Part shown: positions 25,343-35,073 of the stretch, piece by piece
How the letters are laid out: every line of letters begins with the position of its first letter
Position numbering within the stretch: the first letter of the stretch is position 1
Virus genome (UHGV): UHGV-1859364
Reading direction: 5' to 3' (one strand)
Source: a virus
Length of the DNA stretch: 39,078 nucleotides
The notes under the pieces: model-generated
What the model was told of the DNA's origin: nothing
Database searches by the model: none
The model's input: only the letters and a program-made list of their open reading frames with translations
Position numbers and translations under genes: made by a program

Positions 25343-26124
25343 GCTGCTTCCCTCCGTTCCAGGAAGATATCCAAATCTATCCCATACGTTCCCGCCCAGT
25401 TCACCCGGATGAGACCGCTTGGGATCTTTTCAAAAATGGAATATTCATAACCTCGTTCATTAAACAGATTGGATACAGTTCCATTTGCCAGGTATTTATA
25501 TACTGTCTGCTCTGCGGATTCAATAATCATGTATTCATTCCGTTCCAGTGTGGTTCTGACTTCGTACGGGTATCCGTTGATTAATATCTTCGGATTCGTA
25601 CAAGGTCCATATACCGTCATCTTAAAATCTGATGCAGAGGGATGGTCAATTTTAAATTCGGCCGTCCCCGCCCGAACATCTGCGAAATCAAAAGGGAAAT
25701 CAAAGGGAAAATCCAATCCGCTTGCTGCTGTCAGCTGACTTTGCGGAAAAAGCTGCTGACTTACTACTGTCATCCATGACAAGGACGGAGCTGCAAAAGT
25801 AAGCTCCACTTCTGCCATATCGAACCCTTTCCAGTTCGACTTCTTTGATTTCTCTACATGGCAAGAGAGGAATGTACCGTTCACGCACAATCTTCCATGT
25901 ACTCCAAGATCTGCATCTACGGCAAGCACGCTGTACAGCTTTTCCATATTTTTCGCAAGACCTTCCCCGCTGTCGTATACGTCCACCTGCACCGTCTTCT
26001 GATATCCGCTTGCAGTCTCATCCCATTCGGAATCATACCAGTCTGCTTCTGCCGTATAATACGGATCAACAAGAAAATTCAGGATCACTCCTTTTGAATT
26101 TATGTAATACGCTTCTCTTATCAT
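25336..26124 (-). CDS. Distal tail protein (Dit-like)
   Basis: 262 aa lying directly downstream of the tape measure gene with an ATGA overlap. Confidence 0.5.
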   Translation of the reverse strand: MIREAYYINSKGVILNFLVDPYYTAEADWYDSEWDETASGYQKTVQVDVYDSGEGLAKNMEKLYSVLAVDADLGVHGRLCVNGTFLSCHVEKSKKSNWKGFDMAEVELTFAAPSLSWMTVVSQQLFPQSQLTAASGLDFPFDFPFDFADVRAGTAEFKIDHPSASDFKMTVYGPCTNPKILINGYPYEVRTTLERNEYMIIESAEQTVYKYLANGTVSNLFNERGYEYSIFEKIPSGLIRVNWAGTYGIDLDIFLERREAAW

Positions 26125-29100
26125 ATTTTCGGCACCGCTCCTTTCGGCAGTTCCCGGTCTAACCGGGTCGTACCCAGGTATACCGGCCTGCTCTGCATCT
26201 TCTTAACACCGGCAGCCGTTGCATTCCCGACTTTCGCTGCCAGTTTCGTCAAATCCTCGTCTGAAATCCTCATAGTACTCTGTACGCTCTGCTGATTTAT
26301 GATCTTTTCTGTACTCTGCAAGGCAAATGAGCTGGTGATCCTGTTTGTATTCACCGCCATCGCCTCCCGTACCCGGGTGGACAGATCTGCCATGTCCAGC
26401 GAGTTCAGTGCCGAACGTGCCATTCGTTCTGAAGCCTTTTTTACAGCCGGTATCTGATCGTCAATTCCAAGTGCGAATCCCCCACCAGAAAAACGCCCCG
26501 CTCCTCGCATTACTTTTGAGGGTGAATGAATCCCCAGTACGCTCTTGACTTTTTCATAAGCCGTACTTGCCATCTCTGCCGCTTTTGATGCAGCTTTTCC
26601 AACCCAGTCACCAATTCCACGGACAAATCCTGATCCGAAATTAGATCCTGTATCATACGAATTAATACTTCCTGCTCCGCTTTTTGCACTGGTAGCAAGG
26701 GATGTTCCTTTCGCCCTTGCATCCCCTGCCTTACTTCCAACAGCAGAAGAATACGCTGTTCCGAACGATTTTCCAGTACTTCCCGGATTCACCGATCCAG
26801 CTCCACGCTTCGCACTGTCTGCCAGTCCTTTTCCTCTTGTCAACAGCTTCCCGACAAAACTGCCGATCGCTGTATCGAAAAATCTTCCAAATGCACTACC
26901 GGTCGAGGTCGGGTCAACAGCCCCTGCTCCTCTTTTTGCAGCTTCTGCATTCGCTTTTCCCTGTTGTTCCGAAACTGACAGCTGTGATCCGATTCCTTCA
27001 TTAAAAGAAGTCATCAACCCTGATCCGATTTCTTTCGTATCTCCTACTGATCCCCGCATAGCATCAAGCAGCCGGGAGATCACGCCAGTACCGGAAGAAG
27101 TAAGTTCCTCCTGACCTTCGTTCAATCCTTCAACCGCTCCCGGCCAGACATACGAAAAGATTTCTTTCACCGCACGGGACGGACTGTGGACATCAAGAGT
27201 CGTGATCAGGCTTTGCAGGAATGCATCCGCACCTTGCTCTGCCGGATCAACCAGCGTTTCAAACCCTTCCAGTCCTTCCAAAGCTCCATACCACGCCTGT
27301 GACCACGTCTCTTTAGTTTTTTCGTCCAGTCCTGAAAATCCTTTCAGAAAGCTTTCCATTCCTGCCTGCGCCTCAGTGCTCAGCGTACCGGATATCTTTG
27401 CCTGTGCCATAGCCGCTACAAGTTTTGCAGAGCCATCCTTACCGGCATTTTTTAATATTTCCTTGATCTGATCTGCACCAGTTCCGACCTGATTCAGGGC
27501 AATCCCCATTGCCTCCGTCAAGCCATCTTTGGTCTGCTGGGTTAATTGCATTGCTCCATCTTTTTCAGCGGAAAAAATACTGGTAAGCTTATCTGTCATT
27601 GCACTGGCCTGCTCGATGGCTGCTTCTGATCCAATCTCCAAAGTAGTGTCAATTCCGCTCTGAATTTCTGCCAGTGCAGAGTTGATCGTATCAGTATTTC
27701 CACTCATTGCTGCCTCTGTCAGGCTACTGTAATCGGAGATGACTTTCTGATTATCCTGCATCGCCGCATTGGCAGCGTCAAAGTTTGCCTGCAATTCTTC
27801 CAGTCCACTACCTGCTTTTTCAAGCTTTTCTTTCAGTTCTCCGTACTTTTCAGTATTCCGCACAATAGCTTCGCCCTGGGCATCATACCCCATTACTACA
27901 GCATTTGCCGATTCTGCTTCAAGTTCCTTCTCAAGTTCTGCGATCTTGCTTTTTTTGCTACTAAGCTTTTCGTAAGCATCTGCCAGTTCAGCCGCCTTGT
28001 CTGCCTGCTCTTTCATTGCATCCGCATAGTCCGACTTCATGGAGTCAAGAACGGCTTCTGCTTTTTTTGCCGCAATCAGATCGTAGACAGATTTCTTCAA
28101 GTCGCTGTAGTTCTGAATCAGTCCATCGTTCAGGCTGATTTCTACACCTAACGCACTGGACAGCTCACCTGTGATATACGCTGCCATTGCCTCCTGTCCT
28201 GCCTGCACTTTTCCATTCGCATCAACAATCTTTTGCAGTTCTCCCCACAATGCTTCTGCATTGTCGATCTCAGATGTGGCTGCCTGAATATTTTTCTGCC
28301 TTGCCGCTGCCTTTTCGTTAATACTGTCAATTTCATCCTGTGCTGCCTGGATATTTTCCTTTTGTGCCTCCGTCAGCCGATCTGTTGATGCTGCTTCATC
28401 ATCCGTCAGCAGGATTGCTGTTCCGATACAGGCTGCCAGTGCCGCCCCTGCGGTAACAAGCAGACCGATTGGATTTGATGCCATAGCAGCGTTCAGGGCT
28501 GTCTGTGCTTTCGTCCACAGTCCGGTCAGGGCAGTCGTGACTCCGATCTGACCGCTATAGACTCCCCTCAGCGTTTCCCGGATCGTCAGACCGCCGTTAG
28601 ATGCTACAAGCTGTAAAGCATTTGCTTTTTCCATCGCAGTCAGCCTTGCCAGGGCTGCCGCATTCAGATTCGTCTGATTCTTGCTGACCTTGGTGGCTGT
28701 GCTATACAGCTTCAATGCTGTCGTAGCTCCAGCCACCAATGGAGCAATCACACCTAGATTCCCACTCAGCAGGTCGATGGCTTTTGTGACCGGTGGGAGT
28801 GCCGCTTTCGCAAGCGTTCCTGCCGCTTTGGTCAGATTCTTGAATACGGATACTGCTTTTTTTCCGGCTGATTTCAATCCACCTGAATTGAGTGACTCTG
28901 ACAAGGCCTCTACTGCATCCTGTGCCGGTTTCTTTAATTCTGCCGGCAGAAGGCTTGCAAGTCCTCCCGCTATTGATTCTGCCACTTCTGCTGCGGCTGT
29001 CAGAAGTCTTCCTTTATTTCCTGACACGCCGGAAATGAAAGATTCGATGAAATCAACCGCTGTATCCACCATTTCCGGTGCGTGGGATGCTGCATCCACG

Positions 29101-30263
29101 GCAAAATCTGCAAAGATGTTTCCGGCCTCTTTTACAGCCGCTTTCAGACCACCATTTTTAAAGGCGTCCGTCATATCGCTTACAGCCTGCGTGGCTTGCA
29201 CGGCTGTATTTTTCAGTGGCGTATCAAGAGATTCATAAATTTCAATGCCGAGACCCTCAAGACTGGATTTCAAAATCGTAACCGCACCTTCAAGGTTGTC
29301 CTGCATTGTCTCTGACATATTCGCAGCCGTTCCGTCAGCGTTCTTTATGGCAGATGCAAGCTTGTCAAAATCACCCTGCGATGCATTTACGATAGCCAGC
29401 AATCCTGACATTGCCTCCTGTCCACCTAAAGCGGCAGCCATTTGAGCTTTCTGATCTTGTGTGAGTCCGGAGAAGCCTTTTCTCAGATCAACCATGATCT
29501 CATTCAGAGACTTCATGGATCCGTCACTCTTTGTCAGAGATATTCCCAGGGCATCCATAGCCCCCTGGACTTCGTTGGTTGGCTTCGCCATTCGGGTAAA
29601 GATACTTCGCAAAGCAGTACCTGCCTGGCTTGCCTTAATTCCGGAGTTCGCCATCAGACCGATTGCAACTGCACAATCTTCTACACTATACCCTAACGCA
29701 CCGGCTACTGGTGCAACGTACTTAAACGTCTCTCCCATCATGCCTACGTTAGTGTTGGCGTTACTGGACGCTGCCGCAAGGACATTCGCAAAATGCGTAG
29801 AATCCGATGCAGACAGTCCAAACGCTGTCAGGGCGTCTGTAACGATGTCAGAAGTCGTTGCAAGATCTTCACCGGATGCTGCTGCGAGATCCATGATGCC
29901 TTCAATACCAGAAAGCATATCCTGTGTCTTCCATCCTGCCATAGCCATGTATTCCATAGCCTGGGCAGATTCGGAAGCACTGAACTTCGTCTTTGCCCCC
30001 ATTTCCTTTGCCTTGTCAGTCAGTTTCTGCAGTTCGTCTCCTGTAGCTCCTGATATGGCTGATACTTTTGACATCTCGGACTCAAAACTGACACCGACCT
30101 TTACAGCTGCCGCCGCTGCACCTCCAAGAGCAGTGGACACTGCACTCACTGTTGTTGCTACAGTTTTCAAGCCAGTTTTCGCAAGCTTTCCCATTTTGCT
30201 TAAATCTTTTTCAATACCGGATGTGTCCAGTCCAGTATCAATAATTACTTTTCCGTCTGCCAA
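26121..30263 (-). CDS. Tail tape measure protein
   Basis: 1380 aa, Ala/Gly/Ser-rich with long coiled-coil regions and a GxxxG-rich hydrophobic stretch. It lies downstream of the tail chaperones. Confidence 0.9.
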   Translation of the reverse strand: MADGKVIIDTGLDTSGIEKDLSKMGKLAKTGLKTVATTVSAVSTALGGAAAAAVKVGVSFESEMSKVSAISGATGDELQKLTDKAKEMGAKTKFSASESAQAMEYMAMAGWKTQDMLSGIEGIMDLAAASGEDLATTSDIVTDALTAFGLSASDSTHFANVLAAASSNANTNVGMMGETFKYVAPVAGALGYSVEDCAVAIGLMANSGIKASQAGTALRSIFTRMAKPTNEVQGAMDALGISLTKSDGSMKSLNEIMVDLRKGFSGLTQDQKAQMAAALGGQEAMSGLLAIVNASQGDFDKLASAIKNADGTAANMSETMQDNLEGAVTILKSSLEGLGIEIYESLDTPLKNTAVQATQAVSDMTDAFKNGGLKAAVKEAGNIFADFAVDAASHAPEMVDTAVDFIESFISGVSGNKGRLLTAAAEVAESIAGGLASLLPAELKKPAQDAVEALSESLNSGGLKSAGKKAVSVFKNLTKAAGTLAKAALPPVTKAIDLLSGNLGVIAPLVAGATTALKLYSTATKVSKNQTNLNAAALARLTAMEKANALQLVASNGGLTIRETLRGVYSGQIGVTTALTGLWTKAQTALNAAMASNPIGLLVTAGAALAACIGTAILLTDDEAASTDRLTEAQKENIQAAQDEIDSINEKAAARQKNIQAATSEIDNAEALWGELQKIVDANGKVQAGQEAMAAYITGELSSALGVEISLNDGLIQNYSDLKKSVYDLIAAKKAEAVLDSMKSDYADAMKEQADKAAELADAYEKLSSKKSKIAELEKELEAESANAVVMGYDAQGEAIVRNTEKYGELKEKLEKAGSGLEELQANFDAANAAMQDNQKVISDYSSLTEAAMSGNTDTINSALAEIQSGIDTTLEIGSEAAIEQASAMTDKLTSIFSAEKDGAMQLTQQTKDGLTEAMGIALNQVGTGADQIKEILKNAGKDGSAKLVAAMAQAKISGTLSTEAQAGMESFLKGFSGLDEKTKETWSQAWYGALEGLEGFETLVDPAEQGADAFLQSLITTLDVHSPSRAVKEIFSYVWPGAVEGLNEGQEELTSSGTGVISRLLDAMRGSVGDTKEIGSGLMTSFNEGIGSQLSVSEQQGKANAEAAKRGAGAVDPTSTGSAFGRFFDTAIGSFVGKLLTRGKGLADSAKRGAGSVNPGSTGKSFGTAYSSAVGSKAGDARAKGTSLATSAKSGAGSINSYDTGSNFGSGFVRGIGDWVGKAASKAAEMASTAYEKVKSVLGIHSPSKVMRGAGRFSGGGFALGIDDQIPAVKKASERMARSALNSLDMADLSTRVREAMAVNTNRITSSFALQSTEKIINQQSVQSTMRISDEDLTKLAAKVGNATAAGVKKMQSRPVYLGTTRLDRELPKGAVPKI

Positions 30264-30268
30264 TCATC

Positions 30269-30886
30269 TCACCATCCTTTTAGCAGCTCGCTTACATCTT
30301 CGCCCCGTTCCAGTGCCTCCTCCAAAGCTTTCAATTTCGCCTTATCCGGTGCTTTTTCTGTATCCAGTCCGTAATATTCCTGCATCGCCTGGTAGAATTT
30401 CTTTTGCTCCTTCGATAAACCTTTTGCCGACAGATCCAGTGTCCGGTACTCCATGATCTTCTGAAATCTTGTATCTCCTCCGAGATTTTCAAGTAAGATC
30501 ATAAATTTCCACCAGTGCATCTCCTCTGTCTGCAGGTCGATTCCGTACTGCTGGATAAATCCCGCATAGATCAGATCGGCATCTGCCTCAAAATCAAATG
30601 CCTGCTTGCTGTTGATCCCGGCGATCTTCCGCGGAAAATGTTTCCGTTCCGGCTCTCTCCCGCAAGAGAAAAACCACAGCATCTTGTCAAAATGTTCTTC
30701 TGTATACCAGGTGTACTGACCGTAAAAAATCCTGAGCATTCTCGCCATCTCGTCCTCAGTCAGCTCTCTGCCTGCATCCTGGAGGATTTTCTGACAACAC
30801 AAAACGGTGCGAAAATCCCAATGGATCGGACATTCCACACCGCTAATTGTCAGACTTACCGGAAAAGGCTCTGTAAGGGAACTCAT
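30269..30886 (-). CDS. Tail assembly chaperone (Gp15-like)
   Basis: 205 aa lying between the major tail protein/chaperone and the TMP. It has its own ATG and overlaps the upstream gene by 4 nt. Confidence 0.5.
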   Translation of the reverse strand: MSSLTEPFPVSLTISGVECPIHWDFRTVLCCQKILQDAGRELTEDEMARMLRIFYGQYTWYTEEHFDKMLWFFSCGREPERKHFPRKIAGINSKQAFDFEADADLIYAGFIQQYGIDLQTEEMHWWKFMILLENLGGDTRFQKIMEYRTLDLSAKGLSKEQKKFYQAMQEYYGLDTEKAPDKAKLKALEEALERGEDVSELLKGW

Positions 30887-31233
30887 TCAGCCCCTTTCAT
30901 TCCCAGTCGCTCTTTTACTGCTCTATACCTCTCACACTGTCGGATCTGTTCGTTAAGCAGTGCTTCATAAGCTTCCAGGCATAAGAGGTGATCGTGACCC
31001 GTTCCGCATACTTTTTCCCCTGTGCCTTCTCCGAAGGTTACATCAAAAAGGTGCTTGACCGTATCACACTGCTGTCTGATCGCATCCGGTTCCGTTCCTG
31101 TATCTCCAATCTTTGAAATTTCTTCCAGTTCTTTCAGATATGCCTGTTTACCTTCCTCAAAATCCGGGTCGAAAAATGAAAAATTTAATCTAACTCCGTT
31201 AATCTGCATTGTCTTTTTCCTCCATCTGTTCAT
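30883..31233 (-). CDS. Tail assembly chaperone (G-like)
   Basis: 116-aa acidic protein lying between the major tail protein and the Gp15-like gene. Confidence 0.45.
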   Translation of the reverse strand: MNRWRKKTMQINGVRLNFSFFDPDFEEGKQAYLKELEEISKIGDTGTEPDAIRQQCDTVKHLFDVTFGEGTGEKVCGTGHDHLLCLEAYEALLNEQIRQCERYRAVKERLGMKGAE

Positions 31234-31296
31234 ATAAATCTTTTTCCGCTTCGTCCGCTACAGCCTCACCAACTGAAGCATTATCAGTGAGGGAGA

Positions 31297-31827
31297 TTAT
31301 TCCCCCTCTGTAAATGCCTTGGTTGCTGTGTTGAACGTACCCTTTACCCAGTCAGTCTTGCCAAGCAGGTTGCCGGACCCCTGGATCTCACCGTCATTGT
31401 CCTTGAATTCTGAAATTTCAACCGCAACTTTTCTCCGCTTTGCCTCATAAGTTCCAGCTGATTCGCTTACCGGTTTGTCCAGGTATACCTTCACGTAAAA
31501 TGTATCAGCCTCCACCCCGGTCTTTTCGTTCTCGCCGATCTCCGAAATGTAAGCGATTGCCGGTTCACTCTGGATCAGATCAAACTCAAGTGGTGCTGTC
31601 CATTCATAACCGCCAATGCTCTGTGTTGCACTTTTCTGATTGACGTATCTCTTTGACGTAGTCTGTGCGGACGGTGAATCATCCAGCTGAGTCACGCCAA
31701 TTCCGAGGAGCTCATATTTCGGGGAATCAGATCCCCCTGTAACGTCAATGTAATCTGCACGCTGGTAACGCTGCGTTACACCGGTGTCTTTTGCTGCTTC
31801 AAAAATCTGTAAATTCATTCTTTTCAT
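31297..31827 (-). CDS. Major tail protein. The start is trimmed to MKRMNLQIFEAAKD.
   Basis: RBS GGAGGT lies 6 nt upstream of the ATG at 31827, and the longer ORF has no RBS. It shares the L27-like leader (NLQIFE) with the capsid and scaffold proteins. Confidence 0.6.
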   Translation of the reverse strand: MKRMNLQIFEAAKDTGVTQRYQRADYIDVTGGSDSPKYELLGIGVTQLDDSPSAQTTSKRYVNQKSATQSIGGYEWTAPLEFDLIQSEPAIAYISEIGENEKTGVEADTFYVKVYLDKPVSESAGTYEAKRRKVAVEISEFKDNDGEIQGSGNLLGKTDWVKGTFNTATKAFTEGE

Positions 31828-31831
31828 TGCC

Positions 31832-32260
31832 TTACCTCCGTTTGTAATATAAAAAGCGGCACTGAATGCGGTACTGGCATTTCGTGCCTTCGTTATCGTA
31901 TAAATAGCCGCCTGTCGTTGCCCGGACAGACTTGCTCGTGAGATTTCCCGACAGTGCCGGAAGTCTTCCCCGCTCCGTACATTCATCCAGCCAGTCAGAG
32001 AATTTTTCGTAAAATTCCGCTGTGTCCTTGTTGCTCTCTTCTCCGTACCATTCCCGGGAACAAAGAGAAAATACCATCTGTCGGATTGTATCTCCGTTCG
32101 TATACCGTTTGACAATCGGGTCTGCCGGAGTAAGTTCCAGGCTATACGCTGTTGCATCCTCTCCCAGCAGATCCACGTTCACGATCGGGAACATCTGTTC
32201 AAACTCTTCCAGGAACGGACAGCCTGCTATAAATTCAGCGACTTTGGTTGCTACACTCAT
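31832..32260 (-). CDS. Tail terminator / neck protein
   Basis: Start MSVATKV with RBS GGAGGG 8 nt upstream, and ATGA overlap with the upstream gene. It lies immediately before the major tail protein. Confidence 0.45.
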   Translation of the reverse strand: MSVATKVAEFIAGCPFLEEFEQMFPIVNVDLLGEDATAYSLELTPADPIVKRYTNGDTIRQMVFSLCSREWYGEESNKDTAEFYEKFSDWLDECTERGRLPALSGNLTSKSVRATTGGYLYDNEGTKCQYRIQCRFLYYKRR

Positions 32261-32586
32261 CCTGCTTTCCCTCCACAAAAACTGGCTACTGCCTTTACAA
32301 TCTCCGGCCCTCTGTCTGCCCACATCCGTTCTGCCCAGTGCGGACCCCGAAGACCGTCTCCTTTGTGTTCATAATACTGCCGCCTTGCATAAGGTGCATT
32401 GTATGTGATCGTGGAAATTGCTTCTGTGGCATCCGTCTTCAATCGTCCAGTCAGCCGTGGAACATAAGGATCGGACAGCCGTCTGACCTCACTTGTAAAA
32501 AATCTCTGTCCTTTTCCATTCTTGTTCAGGCTTCTCCTGAGCAGGATCTGATCTTTCGGATCCAACTGCATTCTGATTACCATCAC
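32257..32586 (-). CDS. Neck / tail-completion protein
   Basis: 109 aa in the head-tail joining cluster. Confidence 0.4.
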   Translation of the reverse strand: MMVIRMQLDPKDQILLRRSLNKNGKGQRFFTSEVRRLSDPYVPRLTGRLKTDATEAISTITYNAPYARRQYYEHKGDGLRGPHWAERMWADRGPEIVKAVASFCGGKAG

Positions 32587-32987
32587 GCACCTCCACTGAT
32601 TCTGATATGCGGGGATGATCCGACGAAGTTCTCGGAATGGCTCTTCACCACCCCGACTACTCCGCTATACTGCTTTTTCAGGTCATCAATCCCTGTGACT
32701 TCTCCACCGCACCATTCTCCCTGGATAAAGAGATCCCCATTCTGAACAGTCCAGCAGGTCCCTTTCTGCCCTGTCGCAAATTGATCCACAGTTTTCCAGT
32801 CTGCACACTGATCAAATGGGATGCGGATCATATGCTCGTCCGAGCTGATCAGGCCACCCTGTGATGGCGTAGTCTTCCTGCTGACGTGATACCATGCCCA
32901 GTCAATCCGGTGCGGCAGATACACTATCTTTTTCTGCTCCTTATCCGGGTAACGGTTAAAGAGCGTGATCACTGCATTTGTAAGCAT
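32583..32987 (-). CDS. Head closure / head-tail joining protein
   Basis: The start at 32987 (MLTNAVITLFNRYPDKEQ) has RBS GGAAGGTGGG. The longer ORF extends to 33044. Confidence 0.4.
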   Translation of the reverse strand: MLTNAVITLFNRYPDKEQKKIVYLPHRIDWAWYHVSRKTTPSQGGLISSDEHMIRIPFDQCADWKTVDQFATGQKGTCWTVQNGDLFIQGEWCGGEVTGIDDLKKQYSGVVGVVKSHSENFVGSSPHIRISGGA

Positions 32988-33369
32988 CACAATATCCCAC
33001 CTTCCTGGACAGCCATCCCAGCGGAAGCAGATAGGTCCGTGCAACTTCGTAAGCTTTGCGGGATGCGACCGCTTCTGCTGTCTCTCCGTCCACCTGCTCG
33101 TTTACATAAGTCACACTGTATCCGTCCGTATTTTCCGACTTTACAGATCCATTTCCCTGCTGATTTTTCAGGTCGCAAGAATAATAAATCTCTGCAACTG
33201 CACATACAGCATCTTTTACGGTATCGTTTTCACAAGCAAAAATATCTCCGTGCATATAAGTCAGATGCCTTATATAGGCTTCTGCTTTTTTTTCTGCTTT
33301 TGCAAATTTTTCAAGTGGAATCAGCTCACCACCGTATTCAGACAAATAATAGAAATGATCCGCATACAT
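32956..33369 (-). CDS. Head-tail connector (gp6-like adaptor)
   Basis: The start at 33369 (MYADHFYYLSEYGGELIPLEKFAKAEKKAEAYIRHL) has RBS AGGAAGGAG. It lies immediately after the major capsid gene. Confidence 0.5.
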   Translation of the reverse strand: MYADHFYYLSEYGGELIPLEKFAKAEKKAEAYIRHLTYMHGDIFACENDTVKDAVCAVAEIYYSCDLKNQQGNGSVKSENTDGYSVTYVNEQVDGETAEAVASRKAYEVARTYLLPLGWLSRKVGYCDAYKCSDHAL

Positions 33370-33386
33370 ATTGTCTTGCTCCTTCC

Positions 33387-34367
33387 TTATTCTCCCGCTT
33401 TCAGGATCGCAAACGGGCATCTCTTGGTCTTATCTTTTGCAAGAGCATTGATTGGATTCGGGATTTCCCATCCAAGACGCATCACCGCACGAAGAGCAAT
33501 CATATCATTCTGCATCAGGTTGTATGCGATAGTTCCATCGGTGTTCTGAATCACGCCTTCCGTGAATAACTTGAATGTAATATCCTGTCTGATGGAATAT
33601 ACAAGCTGAGAGAAGTCTCCTGAAATCATCAGTGCCTTTGATTTGTCAAACGCTCCGTTGTTTGGGAAATTCATCGGAGAGCCATCTAAAGCATACTGCG
33701 TTGTTCCCTGCAGATCCTGTTTGAACAGCGGATCACCATTCGCATTCTTCAATCCCCTGAGCTTTGCCCTCATGGAGATATCTGCCATGTGACCATTCAC
33801 AAAGTAGCCGGATCCCTCGACTTTTGCGATGACACCATCTTCTGCCATAATCTTGTCATAAAGGCTGTCAGATGCTCCGAGTGTTACGACTGCACTCGCC
33901 TTTGTTGCAGTTGCAACAACATCTTCTCTCCATGTTGACGGCTTATTTTCTCCAAAAAGCACCGCTCCATCAATGACTTTTCCAAATGCTTCTGTTACTC
34001 TTGGCTTTACTTCTGACCAAATATCATATTCTGAATCATCCAATACGGCTTCTGGAATCGGAACAATTACCGCAATTTCTTCTGCGGTGATAAATTTCTT
34101 GTCCCACTCCTGCTTTGCTGTCTTTTTCTGACCGTTATCTCCGTTTACGAAATACGCAATCGGTAACATATCCAGAACTGGCATTTTATACTGTTTACTT
34201 GTCATATTCGCCAGCTTACGTCCTCTTGACAGAACTGCTGACTGTGCGATCGTTCCCTGGATGATCTCGTTGGATTCCTGAATCGGAATTAAAGCCTCTG
34301 CCCCGCTACGATCAATGATATTTACGTCTGTTTCAAATAATTTTAAATTCATTCTGGTTCTGTTCAT
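33387..34367 (-). CDS. Major capsid protein (HK97-fold, SPP1/80alpha-like)
   Basis: 326 aa following the scaffold gene. The N-terminus MNRTRMNLKLFETD carries the L27-like leader. Confidence 0.85.
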   Translation of the reverse strand: MNRTRMNLKLFETDVNIIDRSGAEALIPIQESNEIIQGTIAQSAVLSRGRKLANMTSKQYKMPVLDMLPIAYFVNGDNGQKKTAKQEWDKKFITAEEIAVIVPIPEAVLDDSEYDIWSEVKPRVTEAFGKVIDGAVLFGENKPSTWREDVVATATKASAVVTLGASDSLYDKIMAEDGVIAKVEGSGYFVNGHMADISMRAKLRGLKNANGDPLFKQDLQGTTQYALDGSPMNFPNNGAFDKSKALMISGDFSQLVYSIRQDITFKLFTEGVIQNTDGTIAYNLMQNDMIALRAVMRLGWEIPNPINALAKDKTKRCPFAILKAGE

Positions 34368-34379
34368 CTTCTACCTCCA

Positions 34380-34985
34380 TCACTTTCTTGCTGCAGCACG
34401 GATACGTTCATTGATAGAAGCATTCATGCTTCCACCAGCTCCCTCCGAAGAGCTTCCTGAAGACGTAGACACCCGATACGTGCCACTGCCTGTATATTTC
34501 GGGTTTTCTTTCAAATACTGTTCTGCAGCTTTTTCAAATGTTGTCTTGTCGTTTACAAGTTTCGATACCTTGAACATGACATAATCAAGATCCTCTGTCT
34601 TCACACCTTTACCTGACAGAAATTTCTCATTTTTCATCTGCTGAACTTCCTTCAAAGCGTCATCACGTTCTTTCTGCAGCTTTGCCGTGTCCGGCTGATT
34701 TGCTGCACGTTCTGCCTTGAATCTTGTGATTGCTTCTGTGACTTCTCCCTCTGTCATTCCCTGACCACGGAAAAAGCTTGCAAGAGCTGCACGTTCCGAC
34801 TTGCTTGCCCTGGCACTTGCAATTTCTTCCAGCTGTTCATAGGTATAAGTTCCGGAATTGGAAGCTCCGGATGTGCTTCCAGCGGATCCATTACCGCTGT
34901 TCCCAGTCCCGGCATTTCCACTCTGTCCACCAGAGCCAGCTCCGCTGCCGTCCTCGAAAAGCTGTAACATCATTCTTTTTCTCAT
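34380..34985 (-). CDS. Scaffolding protein
   Basis: 201 aa with an N-terminal leader MRKRMMLQLFEDG. A Gly/Ser-rich linker is followed by a charged coiled-coil region. It lies immediately upstream of the capsid gene. Confidence 0.7.
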   Translation of the reverse strand: MRKRMMLQLFEDGSGAGSGGQSGNAGTGNSGNGSAGSTSGASNSGTYTYEQLEEIASARASKSERAALASFFRGQGMTEGEVTEAITRFKAERAANQPDTAKLQKERDDALKEVQQMKNEKFLSGKGVKTEDLDYVMFKVSKLVNDKTTFEKAAEQYLKENPKYTGSGTYRVSTSSGSSSEGAGGSMNASINERIRAAARK

Positions 34986-35042
34986 TTCTACCTCCGTTTA
35001 TGCTTCGTTGAGCTCCCGAGCTTTTAATGCCTTCACGTTTTG

Positions 35043-35070
35043 GGCAAAAGAAAAACACCCCTCAGGGTGT
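35043..35070 (-). terminator. Hairpin plus U-tract after the Prp gene (partial terminator or attenuator within the late operon)
   Basis: ACACCC-tga-GGGTGT (35055-35070) is followed on the minus strand by U-rich TTTTTCTTTTGCCC. Confidence 0.45.
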
Positions 35071-35073
35071 CTC

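Noticed and set aside
29461-30456. Long plus-strand ORFs (such as this 331-aa one, and 46..483 and 4877..5539) inside minus-strand genes
   Set aside because: These are antisense shadows of strongly supported minus-strand genes (tape measure, MuF N-terminus, activator region). They have low-complexity composition, no RBS context, and would break the compact minus-strand operon.
30883-30886. Possible programmed -1 frameshift joining the two tail-assembly chaperone ORFs (G/GT-like)
   Set aside because: The downstream ORF has its own ATG and a plausible RBS, with a 4-nt ATGA overlap. No X_XXY_YYZ slippery heptamer is evident at the end of the upstream ORF.
31828-32157. Longer forms of the major tail protein ORF (and likewise of 21500..21994 and 31832..32323)
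   Set aside because: The N-terminal extensions overlap upstream genes and lack an RBS. Internal ATGs with good Shine-Dalgarno sequences give family-typical N-termini (MKRMNLQIFE, MDDVITRAE, MSVATKV).
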